From: a virus
Taxonomy: Duplodnaviria; Caudoviricetes
Virus record (IMG/VR): IMGVR_UViG_3300033146_005369
Location: 13,108 to 77,107 of that record
DNA: 64,000 nucleotides
Reading direction: 5' to 3' (one strand)
The position numbers were made by a program, and so were the translations under genes. This document shows positions 18,614 through 30,342 of the stretch, piece by piece. Every line of letters starts with the position of its first letter. Positions within the stretch are counted from its first letter, which is position 1. A model generated the notes under the pieces. The model was not told the origin of the DNA and searched no databases. It saw nothing but the letters and a program-made list of their open reading frames with translations.

Positions 18614-21600
18614 TTATTCATCCTTCCCAGTAACTTTTGTCACCAAACTTATCTTGGCCAATTCTATCATAGAAAACTCATCATAAGGCCAATTATAACT
18701 AAAATCTGGGATATCTGTTTTCAAGGCACCCTTTTTTCCTTGTTTGAAATTGAATTTGTATCTCTCGTCATTCAAATTCGTCTCTAACATTTCCCAATAA
18801 TTCGTTTTTGCACGCTGCTTCACTTTAAAAAATAACCATCGTGTTTTATCATTCGGGGCGAATTCTCCTAAATCAAATAGGACATCTTTTTTCTCGAAAT
18901 TTAAATGAGACCATGGTGCAATGTTTTGCCAAATATGACTCAAATCTTCCTTTGTGAACCTAAAATCAAACTCGATTGTGAAAATTCGAATTGCATCTTT
19001 GGTGAACTTCTTGTTCCTTTTTAGGTCAAATCGTGGTGGGAAAACAAACTTGTCATATACATCTTTATCAACTTCTTCTGAAGGAATCTCATAAAAAATC
19101 TTTTCATAGTTGCTATATTCAAAAGGGATTGCCACAATTGCTTCATAAAACACTTTTTCATCTGCGATTTCACCAATTTTATGACGCTTTTTGGCGAATC
19201 CTACCAGATCCGCTAATGAACCAGTCTCGCCACCAATCGGAGTTTTCATAACTTCTGCAATATCTGAAATTTCTAAAACTAATCCACTCTTATCATCTGA
19301 AACGATTGAACCATATTGATGCCACATCCCCTTTGCAATTGATCCAGAACCGTATTCAGGGATTGTTTGCTCGCAATCACTGAAATCCAAAACAGGCGTT
19401 TCAAACTTTGTTTGAATAACCCATTGAGCACCATTCGACGAATTGTCCTTAATAATGCTAGGAATACCTTTTTCATCATATTCTACATCTTTAGCACCAG
19501 CAATTGAGAATAAGTTGACCGAAGAGGATATCTCCATTCTGTTGCGTGCTGATAAACCATAACTCATACCTCCAGCACTTGGATAATTGAAAGTTCCACC
19601 TCTTCCGGTCTCTGGTGAAAAATAAGTTGCGCAATCCCATCCATAACGCAAATACTCAACTTCTATTTCTTCAAAAATTTCCGCCAAAGTATATTTTTTG
19701 ACACTTGTTGGAGTAAATTTGATTCTTGCTAATCCAGGACCATCATAATATGGTGGAGTGTAAGGTGCATATCCAAGAAAGGGAGCCGCTACATCTTTCT
19801 TTACAAGAGAAGTAGGATTCCCGAATGCTTTTCTATTGTCGTAAATTGTTATTGAACCATCTGACCCACTTTCATAAGGTGCCAGGTTGGAACCAGATGT
19901 TACCGTTTCTCCACGCTCAAATTTGATTTGGTCTTCTTTATGGAGAATTACCAACATTTCATAAACTTCAACACTTCCGTCAACAAGGCCAAAATTAGGG
20001 TCGGTATCTTTTAGCGACCTTGCCGACGTTAAATTCCCATCCTTCAAAAAAAAGTTGGGCACTTCCGCAAAAAAATTGTTTGCTGCCAATTTGTAATCAT
20101 TGCTACCTTGTCCGCCCCAAGATGCTGATAAATCAGATGAAGCACTGCTGTGTGTCTCAGAATCGACAACTTTTTCAACTGTCCCATACAAGCTTGGCTC
20201 AATCAACGTTTCAAAAGGTAGTCGATAATGGAAATCTTCATCTTCAATAACGGGATATGGGTCCAATAATGTATGTGGGTATTCTAATTGATGTGTGTAA
20301 ATATAGTCTGTATCATTAATCGTGAATTGTCCAGAACCAGTCATTATTGGATAGTCAACAGCCACACAAGATTTGATAGTATTAAAAAGAATTCCTGGGC
20401 CAAATAGTGGATCATAAAAAGTTCTACGTGCAACTTGAGCTTGAACATCAGAGAGACTATAATAATCACCAACATTCCCATTACCAGCTCCAGATCCAGT
20501 GATATAATCTCCATAAGAAGTGCTAAATTTTTCTACAAGTGACAAAGTTTGCAAAACAGGATACAATTTATCGTAAGGCAAAAATTGATTTAATGTTTCC
20601 AGTTTTAAATAATGCCTCACATGATAATCATGATGGTCATCTTTTGTAAGCCCATCATTAGTGACAATATCAGAAAGCATATATCTTTCTTCAAAACCAA
20701 GATTTTCAGAAGTTCCAAGGTCACTTCCACTTAACACAAATGAGCCACTAATTTCCTTAAAATAGTCGCCATCGTATGTCGATAAATGTTCACTAATTCT
20801 AAATTCTGGGATAAGTGAAAAATCTTTCCCATGGTTTTTTATCATCTCGTTATAATGTCTGTATGATTCTACAAATGGGCCAATTCCTGCCTGGTCGGCT
20901 GTTTCCCATTTTGTATCGCCAGCTAACAAAATACCTTTATGAGTTTCTTCGATCTGTGCTCTTGCATACAGAGGAGTTGCCCTTATTGCTGCTGCATCAA
21001 TATATGTTGTTGCAATCTGGTATTTATGCGCAACACCAAATTGTGATTTTGATTGTAATTCTCCTTCCCAAGTGCCACTTATAATTTCTGTCCAAGCAGC
21101 AGAACTAAAAACGAATCCACTATTCGTCTCAAACTCCTTTTTCGCATCAAGCGGCCAAACACTTTTTTTATGAACATAATAGCCTAAAGCATTTTTGCCG
21201 TTTAACACTGGATCGTCGTGTATAAGAGCGTAAGCACCACCCAAAAGCGACATATAACTTTCAAGACTATTTCTTTCGTCCCTATCACTGTCCCAATAGC
21301 CAATTTCAAAATTGCTTCTTATGCGATTTTGCTCTGTCCCTATGAATTTACCTTGGGGAAATAGATTGTCGGTTATTTCAAGCTCTTTCAGCTCATCATT
21401 GCCAAATTTGTACTTGTCATATACAAATTTGTAATTTTTATCTATAATTTCCAAATTCCCCATCTTTTGGCACAATTTTTCATTTGCAAAACGTTCATAT
21501 TCATTTTTATATGAATATTCATAATGATATTCTCTTGTGGAATCCAAGATGGTATGCTTAAAAGTTTGATTTGAATCGAAAATAGGCTCTACGAAATAAG

Positions 21601-21982
21601 AACTTGTTTCACGTTCAGAAGCAAATTGGCCACGAACTCCGATATTCTTAATTTCATAGGTCTCTTCATTCGCAATATCATATTGATTGTATCTTCTCCA
21701 TGATTTAACACGAGGATGATCCTGGTTGCGGATCTGTTTCCAATCTGTCCATCCCCAAAGTAAATTGTTAATCCGTTGATAATTGTGAAAAGTAGAAGTA
21801 GCCGCATATTCAGGCCCATCCACTTTTCCTGACCTATAAATTACCTCTCCTCTAAAAACAAATTCATACGGCCAGTATTCAGGAATTGTTGCAAAGTCAT
21901 CATCAAGACGAAGGACGAAAGATGAAGATTCTGGGTTTCTTTTTGCGGCATCTACAACTTCCAATTCATAACTGTCACTCAT
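18614..21982 (-). CDS. Large virion structural protein
   Basis: 1122-aa ORF in the structural operon, G/S/T/Y-rich with repeated [ST]GS. Confidence 0.65.
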   Translation of the reverse strand: MSDSYELEVVDAAKRNPESSSFVLRLDDDFATIPEYWPYEFVFRGEVIYRSGKVDGPEYAATSTFHNYQRINNLLWGWTDWKQIRNQDHPRVKSWRRYNQYDIANEETYEIKNIGVRGQFASERETSSYFVEPIFDSNQTFKHTILDSTREYHYEYSYKNEYERFANEKLCQKMGNLEIIDKNYKFVYDKYKFGNDELKELEITDNLFPQGKFIGTEQNRIRSNFEIGYWDSDRDERNSLESYMSLLGGAYALIHDDPVLNGKNALGYYVHKKSVWPLDAKKEFETNSGFVFSSAAWTEIISGTWEGELQSKSQFGVAHKYQIATTYIDAAAIRATPLYARAQIEETHKGILLAGDTKWETADQAGIGPFVESYRHYNEMIKNHGKDFSLIPEFRISEHLSTYDGDYFKEISGSFVLSGSDLGTSENLGFEERYMLSDIVTNDGLTKDDHHDYHVRHYLKLETLNQFLPYDKLYPVLQTLSLVEKFSTSYGDYITGSGAGNGNVGDYYSLSDVQAQVARRTFYDPLFGPGILFNTIKSCVAVDYPIMTGSGQFTINDTDYIYTHQLEYPHTLLDPYPVIEDEDFHYRLPFETLIEPSLYGTVEKVVDSETHSSASSDLSASWGGQGSNDYKLAANNFFAEVPNFFLKDGNLTSARSLKDTDPNFGLVDGSVEVYEMLVILHKEDQIKFERGETVTSGSNLAPYESGSDGSITIYDNRKAFGNPTSLVKKDVAAPFLGYAPYTPPYYDGPGLARIKFTPTSVKKYTLAEIFEEIEVEYLRYGWDCATYFSPETGRGGTFNYPSAGGMSYGLSARNRMEISSSVNLFSIAGAKDVEYDEKGIPSIIKDNSSNGAQWVIQTKFETPVLDFSDCEQTIPEYGSGSIAKGMWHQYGSIVSDDKSGLVLEISDIAEVMKTPIGGETGSLADLVGFAKKRHKIGEIADEKVFYEAIVAIPFEYSNYEKIFYEIPSEEVDKDVYDKFVFPPRFDLKRNKKFTKDAIRIFTIEFDFRFTKEDLSHIWQNIAPWSHLNFEKKDVLFDLGEFAPNDKTRWLFFKVKQRAKTNYWEMLETNLNDERYKFNFKQGKKGALKTDIPDFSYNWPYDEFSMIELAKISLVTKVTGKDE

Positions 21983-21983
21983 T

Positions 21984-23135
21984 TTAATCTCCCAAATTTC
22001 TTGTTAACCAGGAATAGTTATCACCACTTGGAATAGATGCAACTGAACTTGTCTCGTCTTGTCTCAATTGCTCTTTCACCTTTAAATTGCGATAATTAAT
22101 ATTCTCAAAAGGTGTGAATTGAGCAGTAGCTAAGTCGGCTGAACCACCGCCATACGGATCATTAAAGGAGCCAGATTCACCGGGAGAATGGAAACGCTCA
22201 ATAATTGTACTCTCCTCCTTAGGTCTAACTTTTTTAATGTATTCTGACGTATTTTTATATGGAATTGAACCACAATAAGGGAATCTACCTCCACCAGAAC
22301 CACCAGTCAGTTCTACTCCCAAATCTGCAACATCATCGTCAGTTAATGCTTTCTTGAAAAATGTTATTTCATCTATCCCGCCACCAAATGTTGGAAACGA
22401 ACCATTTATTACTCCTCCGATACTCAAATTCGCGCTATCCCAGTCCAATGTATTAGCTGGAAATGCTGAAGAAAACTTTTCCCCATCAATATATAAATGT
22501 TTCTGACTTAAGTCTCTGTCGCACACAATTACAATATGCTTCCAAGAGTTGTCGTTTGTAGAAGTACATCCCGCATCTGCCATTAAGGCGTTGAAGCTAC
22601 CGTTGAAATAAGTTGTAAAAGTCAATCTACCAATATTATAATGATAAAGATAAAATGAATCAGTTGAACTAGCCCTTCTGGCACCTAGCAGACTTTTGCT
22701 TAAGTAATCATCAGATGCATAGAAATTTGCCCATAGTGATATCGACCATGATGAATTCCCGAATGTATCAATATAAATCCCATCTTTATCAATAAAGAAT
22801 TCGTTACTGCTTGTCACATCGAATAAGTACCCTCCCTCAGAGCCATTTATGAGAGAGCCGGTAAATGGATTGAATTCTTTTTGTGCTACGAAATTGAATT
22901 CATCAGTGACAACATCCCCTCCAACTGCCTGCAATTCAGAGCCGGATTCGATGAAACCTTCATCCATTCTCAAATGAGCTATAATATCACCAATTGGTTC
23001 AACAACATCGGTAAAATAATTTGGCTCAGATGATTCAACATCAAAATAAAAATCTTTATTCTCCGCGAACCACTTGTTTTTGCTCCCGCGATTACCAACT
23101 GAAGCAATTTCGTAATCCTTTTTATAATTCGACAT
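21984..23135 (-). CDS. LamG/concanavalin-like domain virion protein
   Basis: WSISLWANF, WKHIVIVCD, HLYIDG and GGIDEITFFKKALTDDDVADL are LamG_3 hallmarks. Confidence 0.8.
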   Translation of the reverse strand: MSNYKKDYEIASVGNRGSKNKWFAENKDFYFDVESSEPNYFTDVVEPIGDIIAHLRMDEGFIESGSELQAVGGDVVTDEFNFVAQKEFNPFTGSLINGSEGGYLFDVTSSNEFFIDKDGIYIDTFGNSSWSISLWANFYASDDYLSKSLLGARRASSTDSFYLYHYNIGRLTFTTYFNGSFNALMADAGCTSTNDNSWKHIVIVCDRDLSQKHLYIDGEKFSSAFPANTLDWDSANLSIGGVINGSFPTFGGGIDEITFFKKALTDDDVADLGVELTGGSGGGRFPYCGSIPYKNTSEYIKKVRPKEESTIIERFHSPGESGSFNDPYGGGSADLATAQFTPFENINYRNLKVKEQLRQDETSSVASIPSGDNYSWLTRNLGD

Positions 23136-26100
23136 TTATTCCTCAAACTTGTCGTTTTTCATCAAATTTAATCCATCTTTTTGTAAATCACCACTTAATA
23201 TCGTCGCTTTACTCCCCATAACAGAATCATCATCGATTGGTTCAATGATGCTTTCAATTTCTTTCTTGTTATCCTTGAAGTTCAAAAAAATGTGTTCTAC
23301 TTTATCCCTTGAAAGTATATGATTCTCAATTACTGTCCTCAATGAGTCAGCTATATTCATGCTAGCTGGCAACATTTGTCTAACAGCATCATAAATAGCA
23401 ACATCAATCCATTTATAAAAATTGTGAAATTTTTCAAAATCCAAATCACCATGAACCTTGTCAAAAAACCTCGCCCTTAAAAAATTGAGTTCATTGTATT
23501 TATCTTGATAAAAAGAAGTCTGTGAACCTATAATATTGTTGAAGTCTTGCAAAGTTGCAAACATTTTCAACATTTCTTCAGAAATGTTTTGGAACATGTT
23601 CTTCTCAACAGTCATAAACATTTCTGAGGGCCTGGAATTTTTTGTAAAAACAACATCTTCCTCCTCTTTAACTTCAACTGTGTTGAGATTGCTCACAATT
23701 CCAGGAGGCTTTATTTTGAAAACAGGAATATATTCTAATTTTGCTACTTGTTCGTTTGATAAGAATTGCGAACCAAGACCATGATATTGGTATTTGATAA
23801 AGTGATCTTCATATTCATTTTCATAAGAACCAGAAGATAAGTCTTCAACAGTGAAGCCTCCTCCCGAATCAGAACCAGTGACTTGATCAAATTCCCAATG
23901 CAAAAACATCGCATCATGCTCAAAAAATTGTTGCATTCCATCATCAATCTGCTGCAAACCAAGTGAAGAATTGAGTCTGCCATAATTTTCAACATCTAAA
24001 TTATGGGCAACTAATTCATCATTTGTAAGCAAATCTGCCCACAATCTGAAAGAGCCAATTTGAACATCTGAATTAATATCTGAGTTACCAGTATAATTTT
24101 GTAACGATGCCCCAACATAGAACTTCTTATATTCTTCGTCCCATTTTGACATATCAACTGAAGACGTTAATTCAAAGCTATTTCTGACTTCACCATATAA
24201 TGAATTAACCCCAGAAAAAGTCAAAGAACCATTATCGGATAATAAATCACCTGATGAATCAACATTTCTCGAAATCTTAACTTGGAAATTCCAAACTGAA
24301 TCGTCATAAACATCATAGAACAAAGATGAAGTAAGAACAGGTATTAAGTCGGAACCGGATAGGGCAAATCTAACATGATTGCTTTCGACTTCGTTGCGAA
24401 TAGCTGAAAGATTGAAACAATAACTGCCTAGTTCATCATTACTATCAACTTCATGCACTTCTTTCATACCAAATATTGAAGAAGTCTCAAAAGGTGTCGA
24501 AAAGTAAAAATTTGATTGTACACTTGCTTTTTTCGGGAATAAAACTTCTGCTTCAGCGGTAATTTTCCTAATACTACCAGTAATTTCTCCTTTAGAATTG
24601 TTGTCGCCACTTTTTTTAGACTGAAAGACAGTTGCTCCAAAAGAATCAACAGTATTAAAATTGATATACTTTCTTTTTACCGACGTTAATCCAGCATTGC
24701 TTTCTAATTCGTAAGTGTTATTATCAGTGAAGAAATTTATTTTCAACAATTTTTCATCAATTCCAATACACCTCAATAAATTTCTTATAGATGTTTCTGT
24801 CCCTTTTGTTTTATACAGATAAACAAGATTGTTAAAGATATTCTTATAAATTATGTTTTTGATATTCATCAATTCTTGTTCATAAATTAATGTATCAGTT
24901 TTGGCCAACAAATATTCACTAATTTCACTATCTACAAAAAGTTCATTGATGTAAAAACCATAAGATTCTAAAATTTCTTTATTATAGTTGAAAGCTTTGT
25001 AATCATCACTAATATAGTTTGCTCTTTGAAGTTCTGGCACCATTTCCATTTGTAAATGGAGTGAATCAAGGTATGTGGCAACAACTTGTGAAATTTTTCT
25101 AAGCAGATATGATTCGCCTTCTTCATCTTCCTCTTGAATCCAACTGGGGAAGGTGCGATAAAACGCTGCATGATTTAAGGCGTCGTACTCTTTTCCTTTC
25201 AGCTCATATTCATCGAGGGTATCTTGGTATAAATAAGAAGATGAATAGACGATAGGATCTTTGAATTCCTCAAATGACGCACTTGATAAAACTATTGCAG
25301 ATTCAGTGCTTCTAGAGCCTGTTACATACCCTTCCCAAATTCCATTTGTCAACCTCCCTGAGTAATCAAGAATTTGCGAATCAATAGAGTCAATTCCGCT
25401 ATCCCCTTCATTAAATTTGTAATAAACAGACAAATCTGTATTGGAAGTGTCTGTATTTGTGCCACCATAAACTTCTTTATTGTAATTGAGCGCTATTTCT
25501 TTAGAATTTCTAGCAATTTTCCACATTCTAAATTCATCAATAGAGCCAGAAAATTTGCCAAAGCCAGCATCACCAAATATTGGTTTGATTTCATAAAGAG
25601 CGGTTACTTCTTCCAAAGTCAAATGGCGATCAAACATAGTAAATTCGTCTAAATCACCGTTGAAACGATTAGCGGTCGCACTAAATCGACTTCTAGCGCC
25701 CAATGTAAAATCAAAAGTGTTATCATAATTGTTCGTACCATACGATGTTGGAGATTCATAAGAGCCTACTAAATCAATCAATAATGAACGAGTGTCGTTT
25801 TCTCTATCTACCGAAACATAAACATGATGCCAATCATTATCCTTTGCAACGGTGGTTGACAACGAAATAGAACCTCCACCAGAATCGCGAATGAACCAAT
25901 AGAGTCTATTTGAATTGTTATACATGTAATAACAAGGGAAACTAAGGAATTTTGATATTATATATTCAAAAGTTGCTGGGTAATTCCCTCGGAAATTTAT
26001 CCAAAAAGCGAAAGAAAAGGAAGATGTTCCAACATCGAATAAGGATTCGCTATTAACTTGCTTGACATAATTGTATGGTGAAGTACCAGAATCGAAATGA

Positions 26101-27176
26101 AGTGAGTTATAGCTACCTTCAATATCTGACGAAGTAGTTTCTAAAGTTGCCCCATATAGTGCTTCAAGAGTGTATTCTGTACCATTTACCGGCTCTAAAT
26201 AATCAACTCCACTCTCAACTCTTTCATTCATTCTATAATGGAATCGTACATCCCCAATTGGGAGCACAACATTTTCATAATAATAATTAGAAACGCTGGG
26301 ATGAGTTCCTAACGCACCAATTGTCAACATTTTAGAGCCAGTTACAGCAGAAATCGAAGTCCCAACAATTTTGGATTCATTTAAAACAGAGTCTTTATAC
26401 AATTTCAAATTTATTTCGCTTCCGGTGTTTTTCAGGACAACTGCATAGTGATGCCATTCTCCATCTGCGATTAAAAAATCGCCCATTTCTTCTTCCATGA
26501 AACCGTCTGAACCAGATTTACACGTTACAATGAAAGGTTTTTCCGAACCTGTAATAGAAACAACCAATCTCCCATAACTTTCATCACTTTTCGAAGTCCC
26601 AGTTGTAAAAAGGTCCAAAATCGCTTCTTTTTGTGTCAATTCACTGTGGAATTCGTCCTTTTTGAGCCAAAATTCAAATGTTGAACCAGAATTTAAATCG
26701 AAAGCAAGGTTGTCATGCTGATTATCATCAAGCGAATAAATATTCCCAGTTGTGAAAGAATTTTTAGTGTAAATAAATTCGTCAACATCCGACTTCCCAT
26801 AACCAAGATACTGCGAATTTTCCAAGTTGCCCCAACTATTTCGTGAAATAGTTATAAATCCATTGGTTCTAGGATAAGCATTTTCAAACATCCATAATTC
26901 AAGTTCAGAAGATTCATTTTTCCATTGAATTTTCTCTTTTTTTGAACCATCATAAGGATAAGTGTTTAAAATTTTTTTTATTGAGTCAGAATAGTAAAAC
27001 TCTGCTAATCCATAACGAACAAATTGAGCTGGATTACCATAATTCAAAGGTGGAATATATCTTTTATCATATTCCACCTTTTCTTTAACAAAATCTGTAC
27101 TTTCAACCTCTTTTGAAACATTTTCATACGAATTGGCTTCAAAGAGTTTTTTGTTGAAGATATGTTTTAAACTCAC
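23136..27176 (-). CDS. Large virion protein with nested LamG-like domains
   Basis: TFEFWLK...WHHYAVV...LYKD, then a second domain FSFAFWI...WHHVYV...FNGDLDEFTMFDRHLT, then FSGSIDEFRMWKIAR and YYKFNEG. Confidence 0.8.
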   Translation of the reverse strand: MSLKHIFNKKLFEANSYENVSKEVESTDFVKEKVEYDKRYIPPLNYGNPAQFVRYGLAEFYYSDSIKKILNTYPYDGSKKEKIQWKNESSELELWMFENAYPRTNGFITISRNSWGNLENSQYLGYGKSDVDEFIYTKNSFTTGNIYSLDDNQHDNLAFDLNSGSTFEFWLKKDEFHSELTQKEAILDLFTTGTSKSDESYGRLVVSITGSEKPFIVTCKSGSDGFMEEEMGDFLIADGEWHHYAVVLKNTGSEINLKLYKDSVLNESKIVGTSISAVTGSKMLTIGALGTHPSVSNYYYENVVLPIGDVRFHYRMNERVESGVDYLEPVNGTEYTLEALYGATLETTSSDIEGSYNSLHFDSGTSPYNYVKQVNSESLFDVGTSSFSFAFWINFRGNYPATFEYIISKFLSFPCYYMYNNSNRLYWFIRDSGGGSISLSTTVAKDNDWHHVYVSVDRENDTRSLLIDLVGSYESPTSYGTNNYDNTFDFTLGARSRFSATANRFNGDLDEFTMFDRHLTLEEVTALYEIKPIFGDAGFGKFSGSIDEFRMWKIARNSKEIALNYNKEVYGGTNTDTSNTDLSVYYKFNEGDSGIDSIDSQILDYSGRLTNGIWEGYVTGSRSTESAIVLSSASFEEFKDPIVYSSSYLYQDTLDEYELKGKEYDALNHAAFYRTFPSWIQEEDEEGESYLLRKISQVVATYLDSLHLQMEMVPELQRANYISDDYKAFNYNKEILESYGFYINELFVDSEISEYLLAKTDTLIYEQELMNIKNIIYKNIFNNLVYLYKTKGTETSIRNLLRCIGIDEKLLKINFFTDNNTYELESNAGLTSVKRKYINFNTVDSFGATVFQSKKSGDNNSKGEITGSIRKITAEAEVLFPKKASVQSNFYFSTPFETSSIFGMKEVHEVDSNDELGSYCFNLSAIRNEVESNHVRFALSGSDLIPVLTSSLFYDVYDDSVWNFQVKISRNVDSSGDLLSDNGSLTFSGVNSLYGEVRNSFELTSSVDMSKWDEEYKKFYVGASLQNYTGNSDINSDVQIGSFRLWADLLTNDELVAHNLDVENYGRLNSSLGLQQIDDGMQQFFEHDAMFLHWEFDQVTGSDSGGGFTVEDLSSGSYENEYEDHFIKYQYHGLGSQFLSNEQVAKLEYIPVFKIKPPGIVSNLNTVEVKEEEDVVFTKNSRPSEMFMTVEKNMFQNISEEMLKMFATLQDFNNIIGSQTSFYQDKYNELNFLRARFFDKVHGDLDFEKFHNFYKWIDVAIYDAVRQMLPASMNIADSLRTVIENHILSRDKVEHIFLNFKDNKKEIESIIEPIDDDSVMGSKATILSGDLQKDGLNLMKNDKFEE

Positions 27177-28549
27177 TATTCTTTCTCCACACGAAACTTA
27201 AATTTTCTTCTGAAATCTTGTTGTTTGCCGTCAAATTGATGCATAAATTGAAAGCGATACATTTGATCTTCTTCCAAAATCGACATATCAAAGTCAAAAT
27301 AACTCCCAGAAGCGTCATATGAGCATAATGTTGCATTTGATGAAGTTAAATATGGAATAACTTCATATTCATCTGCTTCACGAACCACTTTATAATACAA
27401 ATTTTCAACAATATCTACTTTAGGGTCTGTATTTACTGTTACGTATTTTTCAGGTGTCCAGCGTTTGCGCCTAGTGAAGCACCTAATTCTGGGCGTTTCA
27501 GACACGCTATACTCACTCTTAAGGTCTGGCAGGCTTATGACATATCTCTGGTCTTCAACTGCCTCATAGGCTCGCACAAAGCCACTGTATAACAAAATAT
27601 TGCCAGTGGCAGGCATATACCATCTATCCACCAAGACTGATTCACTAGTATCTAAGGCAAAACTTGCCTTATAAATCCCTGTTTCGACACGAGTTGTTTC
27701 AATTGATGAAGTTAACAATTCGCCTTCTACTGTGTGAAGATTGACAAAAAGATTAGTTGAACCGGGATCTGTTAAAGTGCCACCACGATTACGGTGGTAA
27801 TAGTAAATTTCATTCATATTTTCTTCAGCGCTGTACGCTGAAGATGAAGCGAAGAAATTTTGACGCATATCTTTTCTAGAATTGTCCCATCTAGCTTCGA
27901 TATATGGCCTCTTGAAGAAATATTGGCTACCTCTTGCACTAAATTTCTTCGTGTAATGCGATAGCGAACCGCTTTCTATTTCTTCCGGCAACCTAACAAC
28001 AATTCCTTCATTTGTTATTTCATTTGATATCCATTTTTCAACCAAATCTGTAATATCAATTTCCAAATTTTCATCACCAGTCGCAAATGAGCAAGAATAA
28101 TTCGGATTTGTTAAGAAGTCACCACCATTTGTTCCCCATAAATTATTTTCAGATGAAGAAAGCCAGTTAACTGCATCAATGTCAGAATATTCTTCCATAT
28201 CAAGTCCTATCCCTTCATTCCAAGAGGATGAAATAGGCTGCACAACAAGCTCAAAATTTCTTGGCAATGTAAAAGGATGTTCTACATTCGATAACTTAAG
28301 CCAGAACGATACACTCCCTGATGCTTCTAAATCGTTATTGAGTCGATCAGCAACAATAGAATCAATTGGATACTTAATTAAAATTCGCGATGCTTCAATA
28401 GAACTTGTTGAATACTGTCCAGAAAGATTAAACACTTCTAGGGAATCAGATGCTCCCATATTAGCATTTACTGCTCTGGAATTTCCAACAACTCTATACG
28501 CATTTGTAATTGTCGCATCTTTTTCTGCCACATATCTTTTAATGCCCAT
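27176..28549 (-). CDS. Virion protein with DNRLRE-like N-terminal domain
   Basis: RYVAEKDATI...SRILIKY...LKL...PISSSWNEG...DITDLVEKW...NEGIVVR...FSARG...PYIE matches the DNRLRE-type beta-sandwich pattern. Confidence 0.65.
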   Translation of the reverse strand: MGIKRYVAEKDATITNAYRVVGNSRAVNANMGASDSLEVFNLSGQYSTSSIEASRILIKYPIDSIVADRLNNDLEASGSVSFWLKLSNVEHPFTLPRNFELVVQPISSSWNEGIGLDMEEYSDIDAVNWLSSSENNLWGTNGGDFLTNPNYSCSFATGDENLEIDITDLVEKWISNEITNEGIVVRLPEEIESGSLSHYTKKFSARGSQYFFKRPYIEARWDNSRKDMRQNFFASSSAYSAEENMNEIYYYHRNRGGTLTDPGSTNLFVNLHTVEGELLTSSIETTRVETGIYKASFALDTSESVLVDRWYMPATGNILLYSGFVRAYEAVEDQRYVISLPDLKSEYSVSETPRIRCFTRRKRWTPEKYVTVNTDPKVDIVENLYYKVVREADEYEVIPYLTSSNATLCSYDASGSYFDFDMSILEEDQMYRFQFMHQFDGKQQDFRRKFKFRVEKE

Positions 28550-30342
28550 TATTTTATAACCCCTATGATATCATTCTTGGGATATTTTATTTCCAATACA
28601 GTATCATCCGGTACAAAAATATATCTCCCATCTGTTGTTGTATTCGATTTGATATCAAATTTCGCATCAGAATAATTAATTCCGACTTTTTTAAAGATAT
28701 CTATCTTTGTTGTATCCAAAACACCTGGGATGAGGTTGATGAATCTGTATAAATTTCCAATATCAAATGATTCACCGATATGCATTTTGTTTTTAAATTC
28801 TTTATTTAATTTATCTAGAATCCTTGAGTATAACTCTACAGGACTCCCCTTGTTTTCACCAACTACCACAAACCTCATTCCAATATTAACTATTTTCGCA
28901 TTATAAATGTCGATATCATCATTAATCATTTTCTTGTTGTTTAGCCATATTCTTACATTATTTTTCAAAATATTGTTCGGCTCAACAAATTTTCCCGCCT
29001 TTGTTTCAGAAGCAAGATAAATATTTAACTTCCTCCTTGCTTTTTCTCGTCCAACCGTTATTGAAGCACGTTTAATCGCTCCCAATTTAGAAGGCATTGC
29101 ATAAATCAATGCTAGATAATCTTGTTTAGTAACCGCGCGATTTTGAGTTGAAAAGTGATTAATAATTTTCATCTTTGTTTCTTCGGAGTTAGTATCAACA
29201 ACATCTCCGACGATATCTGTATCATTATCAACTTCTAAACTTTTACGAACCCGTGTGATTGTTGAACTGTCTAAAACTGTCTCATCACCAAAATCGAATA
29301 ATGCTGTTGAAATATTGGTGACAGAATTTTTAACAGCATTAGAATTGACTGTAGAGTTGGCGCGATATAAAATCCTTAAAGTGGTGTTGATAGGAGCTAT
29401 CCCCAATTTGTCAGATGAAATAAGTTTACTTGGGTCAAATGCCTTATCTGTAATATGATCTTTCGCATGAAGCTCTAAAACAACCGTTGAAGGATCTAGA
29501 TAATCTGTTGAATCAATTTCTGTCGAAGAACCATGACCAAATTGTAAAAATGTTCTGTTATTGTCTCTTATAACTGTAAAACGTCTTGGGACTGGTACTG
29601 GCTTTAGAATGGCCTTCGTACTCTCATTCGTCCCCGAATCACGGTTGACAATTGTCTTGAAAACAACATCTTGCGAAAGATATTCAACCTCTGTGTATTC
29701 ATTCCCTTCATCGTCTTCAACCAATAAGATTTCAACAATATTCTTATTGGATAACGCTATTTTTAAAAACTTTTGAAAATTCCCAACCGTGCTATACTCT
29801 TCTCTAATTTCCCCTGAAATACAGTAACCATATGCGCGCACAATGTAAGAAGTTGCTAAACCCGTTGTAGCATTGACCTCTCCAACAACAACTTGGTTAC
29901 TATCATCTGCGAAATTAACATCTTCCGCCAAAATAAAAGAATTGCCATCAATTGAAGAAAGTTCACTACCTTTTTTTAAAATAGGAAGATAACTTGTGTC
30001 AGGACCAATTCCAATAGCTAATGCAGGAATCGAAATGTAAAATGTCAGAATCCCTGAAGAAGAGTTGTTTGGATTGCTCTTATAACCTCTTGATAGACCA
30101 TGGCGAATGATGTTGTTTGGCTGAATTGCTGTACTCAAATTGCTTTCATTAACACCAAAATCAAGATTCAACGATAACTGCGCACCAATCAAGGCTATCT
30201 GATCATACAAAAGCGATTTAAAACTGTTAATATTCGCATCTTTAGAAATTTCTGGGTAGTTGTTTAATTCAAAATCATCCATTGATTTGCGGATTGAATT
30301 AAAATCCCTATTCGTATACTTTATTGAATCTTTCTTTGTCAT
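28549..30342 (-). CDS. Baseplate wedge subunit (T4 gp6-like)
   Basis: YTNRDFNSIRK N-terminus, QNRAVTKQDY motif, adjacent to the gp25-like gene. Confidence 0.85.
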   Translation of the reverse strand: MTKKDSIKYTNRDFNSIRKSMDDFELNNYPEISKDANINSFKSLLYDQIALIGAQLSLNLDFGVNESNLSTAIQPNNIIRHGLSRGYKSNPNNSSSGILTFYISIPALAIGIGPDTSYLPILKKGSELSSIDGNSFILAEDVNFADDSNQVVVGEVNATTGLATSYIVRAYGYCISGEIREEYSTVGNFQKFLKIALSNKNIVEILLVEDDEGNEYTEVEYLSQDVVFKTIVNRDSGTNESTKAILKPVPVPRRFTVIRDNNRTFLQFGHGSSTEIDSTDYLDPSTVVLELHAKDHITDKAFDPSKLISSDKLGIAPINTTLRILYRANSTVNSNAVKNSVTNISTALFDFGDETVLDSSTITRVRKSLEVDNDTDIVGDVVDTNSEETKMKIINHFSTQNRAVTKQDYLALIYAMPSKLGAIKRASITVGREKARRKLNIYLASETKAGKFVEPNNILKNNVRIWLNNKKMINDDIDIYNAKIVNIGMRFVVVGENKGSPVELYSRILDKLNKEFKNKMHIGESFDIGNLYRFINLIPGVLDTTKIDIFKKVGINYSDAKFDIKSNTTTDGRYIFVPDDTVLEIKYPKNDIIGVIK